Positions 31,139-32,000 of a DNA stretch of 32,000 nucleotides are shown here, in pieces (within the stretch, counting starts at the first letter, position 1; each line of letters opens with the position of its first letter). A program made the translations under genes and the position numbers. The DNA comes from Cardiobacteriaceae bacterium (GTDB lineage: Bacteria; Pseudomonadota; Gammaproteobacteria; Cardiobacteriales; Cardiobacteriaceae), in NCBI GenBank assembly GCA_017484165.1, contig JAFUTP010000028.1, positions 1 through 32,000 on the forward strand. The letters are read 5' to 3'. Under the pieces are notes generated by a model. That model had not been told where the DNA came from and searched no databases. It saw nothing but the letters and a program-made list of their open reading frames with translations.

Positions 31139-31450
31139 TCAAACTAACGCACCGTTAGATTTGAAATAACGGACTTTTTTACCGTCTTCAAACTTAAATC
31201 CAACACGATCGCCTTTGCCAGTTGCAGGATTGAACAACATTACATTGGAAATATGGATTGTTGCTTCTTTGCGAACAATTCCACCTTCAATGCCAAGTTG
31301 CGGATTTGGTTTAATGTGTTTTACAACCATATTCAATCCTTCAACCAAAACACGATCACCGTGAACCGCTAAAACTTTACCGCGTTTGCCTTTATTGTCA
31401 GCTTTACCAGCAATAACAATGACTTCATCGCCTTTTTTAATGCGTTTCAT
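31139..31450 (-). CDS. rplX: 50S ribosomal protein L24
   Basis: [48 protein letters not shown]. Confidence 0.97.
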   Translation of the reverse strand: MKRIKKGDEVIVIAGKADNKGKRGKVLAVHGDRVLVEGLNMVVKHIKPNPQLGIEGGIVRKEATIHISNVMLFNPATGKGDRVGFKFEDGKKVRYFKSNGALV

Positions 31451-31459
31451 TGCAACTCC

Positions 31460-31828
31460 TTATAAAACTTCTGGCGCAAGTGAAACAATTTTCATAAATT
31501 TTTCACTACGCAACTCGCGGGCAATTGGTCCAAATACACGAGTCCCAATCGGTTCAAGTTTAGTATTTAATAATACCGCAGCATTACCGTCAAAACGCAG
31601 AACCGAACCGTCTGCACGACGAACACCTTTACGAGTACGGACAATCAAAGCGTTATAAACATCGCCTTTTTTCACCCTTCCACGCGGCATAGCTTCTTTC
31701 ACGGAAACTTTAATAACATCGCCAATTCCCGCATAACGACGGTGCGAACCACCAAGCACTTTTATACATTGCAACTCACGCGCGCCGCTATTGTCGGCAA
31801 CGGAGAGTCTTGATTGCATCTGAATCAT
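31460..31828 (-). CDS. rplN: 50S ribosomal protein L14
   Basis: [51 protein letters not shown]. Confidence 0.98.
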   Translation of the reverse strand: MIQMQSRLSVADNSGARELQCIKVLGGSHRRYAGIGDVIKVSVKEAMPRGRVKKGDVYNALIVRTRKGVRRADGSVLRFDGNAAVLLNTKLEPIGTRVFGPIARELRSEKFMKIVSLAPEVL

Positions 31829-31837
31829 TCTTACACC

Positions 31838-32000
31838 TTAATCTTTTGCTTTTTCGACAATTTCGACTAAACGCCAAGTTTTAGTTTTAGAAATCGGACG
31901 AGATTGCGCAATCAACACCGTATCGCCAATATTGCACTCATTGTTTTCATCATGAGCGTGGCATTTGAGTGTGCGCTTAATAAACTTTCCATACAAAGGG
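31838..32000 (-). CDS. rpsQ: 30S ribosomal protein S17, partial (5' end beyond window)
   Basis: Minus-strand translation: [53 protein letters not shown]. Confidence 0.95.
   Translation of the reverse strand, partial: PLYGKFIKRTLKCHAHDENNECNIGDTVLIAQSRPISKTKTWRLVEIVEKAKD

Overview
This 32 kb window looks gammaproteobacterial, judging from DjlA, RapZ, ArgA and the rps/rpl operon order. The left end (1-1750) is the 3' tail of a polymorphic-toxin locus. It holds the C-terminus of a large toxin or adhesin protein with its overlapping candidate immunity gene. A second, displaced toxin C-terminal module follows, re-using a near-identical 27-bp junction (DNF/LAEGVGK), interrupted by an in-frame TAG and with an intact candidate immunity gene. 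From 1.8 to 23.5 kb are mostly housekeeping genes: dnaQ, a 2Fe-2S ferredoxin, a MATE transporter, ligA, mvaD, a secreted low-complexity protein, glk, a VapBC-type toxin-antitoxin pair, an NCS2 permease, rapZ, djlA, panDCB, argA, trmB, folE2, an SDR and hemH. From 23.4 kb to the end is the minus-strand spc/alpha ribosomal protein operon (rpsQ to rplQ). It includes a short rpmJ that the ORF track omits. The main signal not explained by genes is a family of ~95-120 bp intergenic MITE-like elements at five loci. They share imperfect terminal inverted repeats (about AGGGYGTRTCTA) and an internal palindromic core (TCGTCATTTTGAGCC...TCAGGATGACGA). One locus has the core expanded to three tandem copies. 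No tRNA, rRNA or CRISPR array was recognised.
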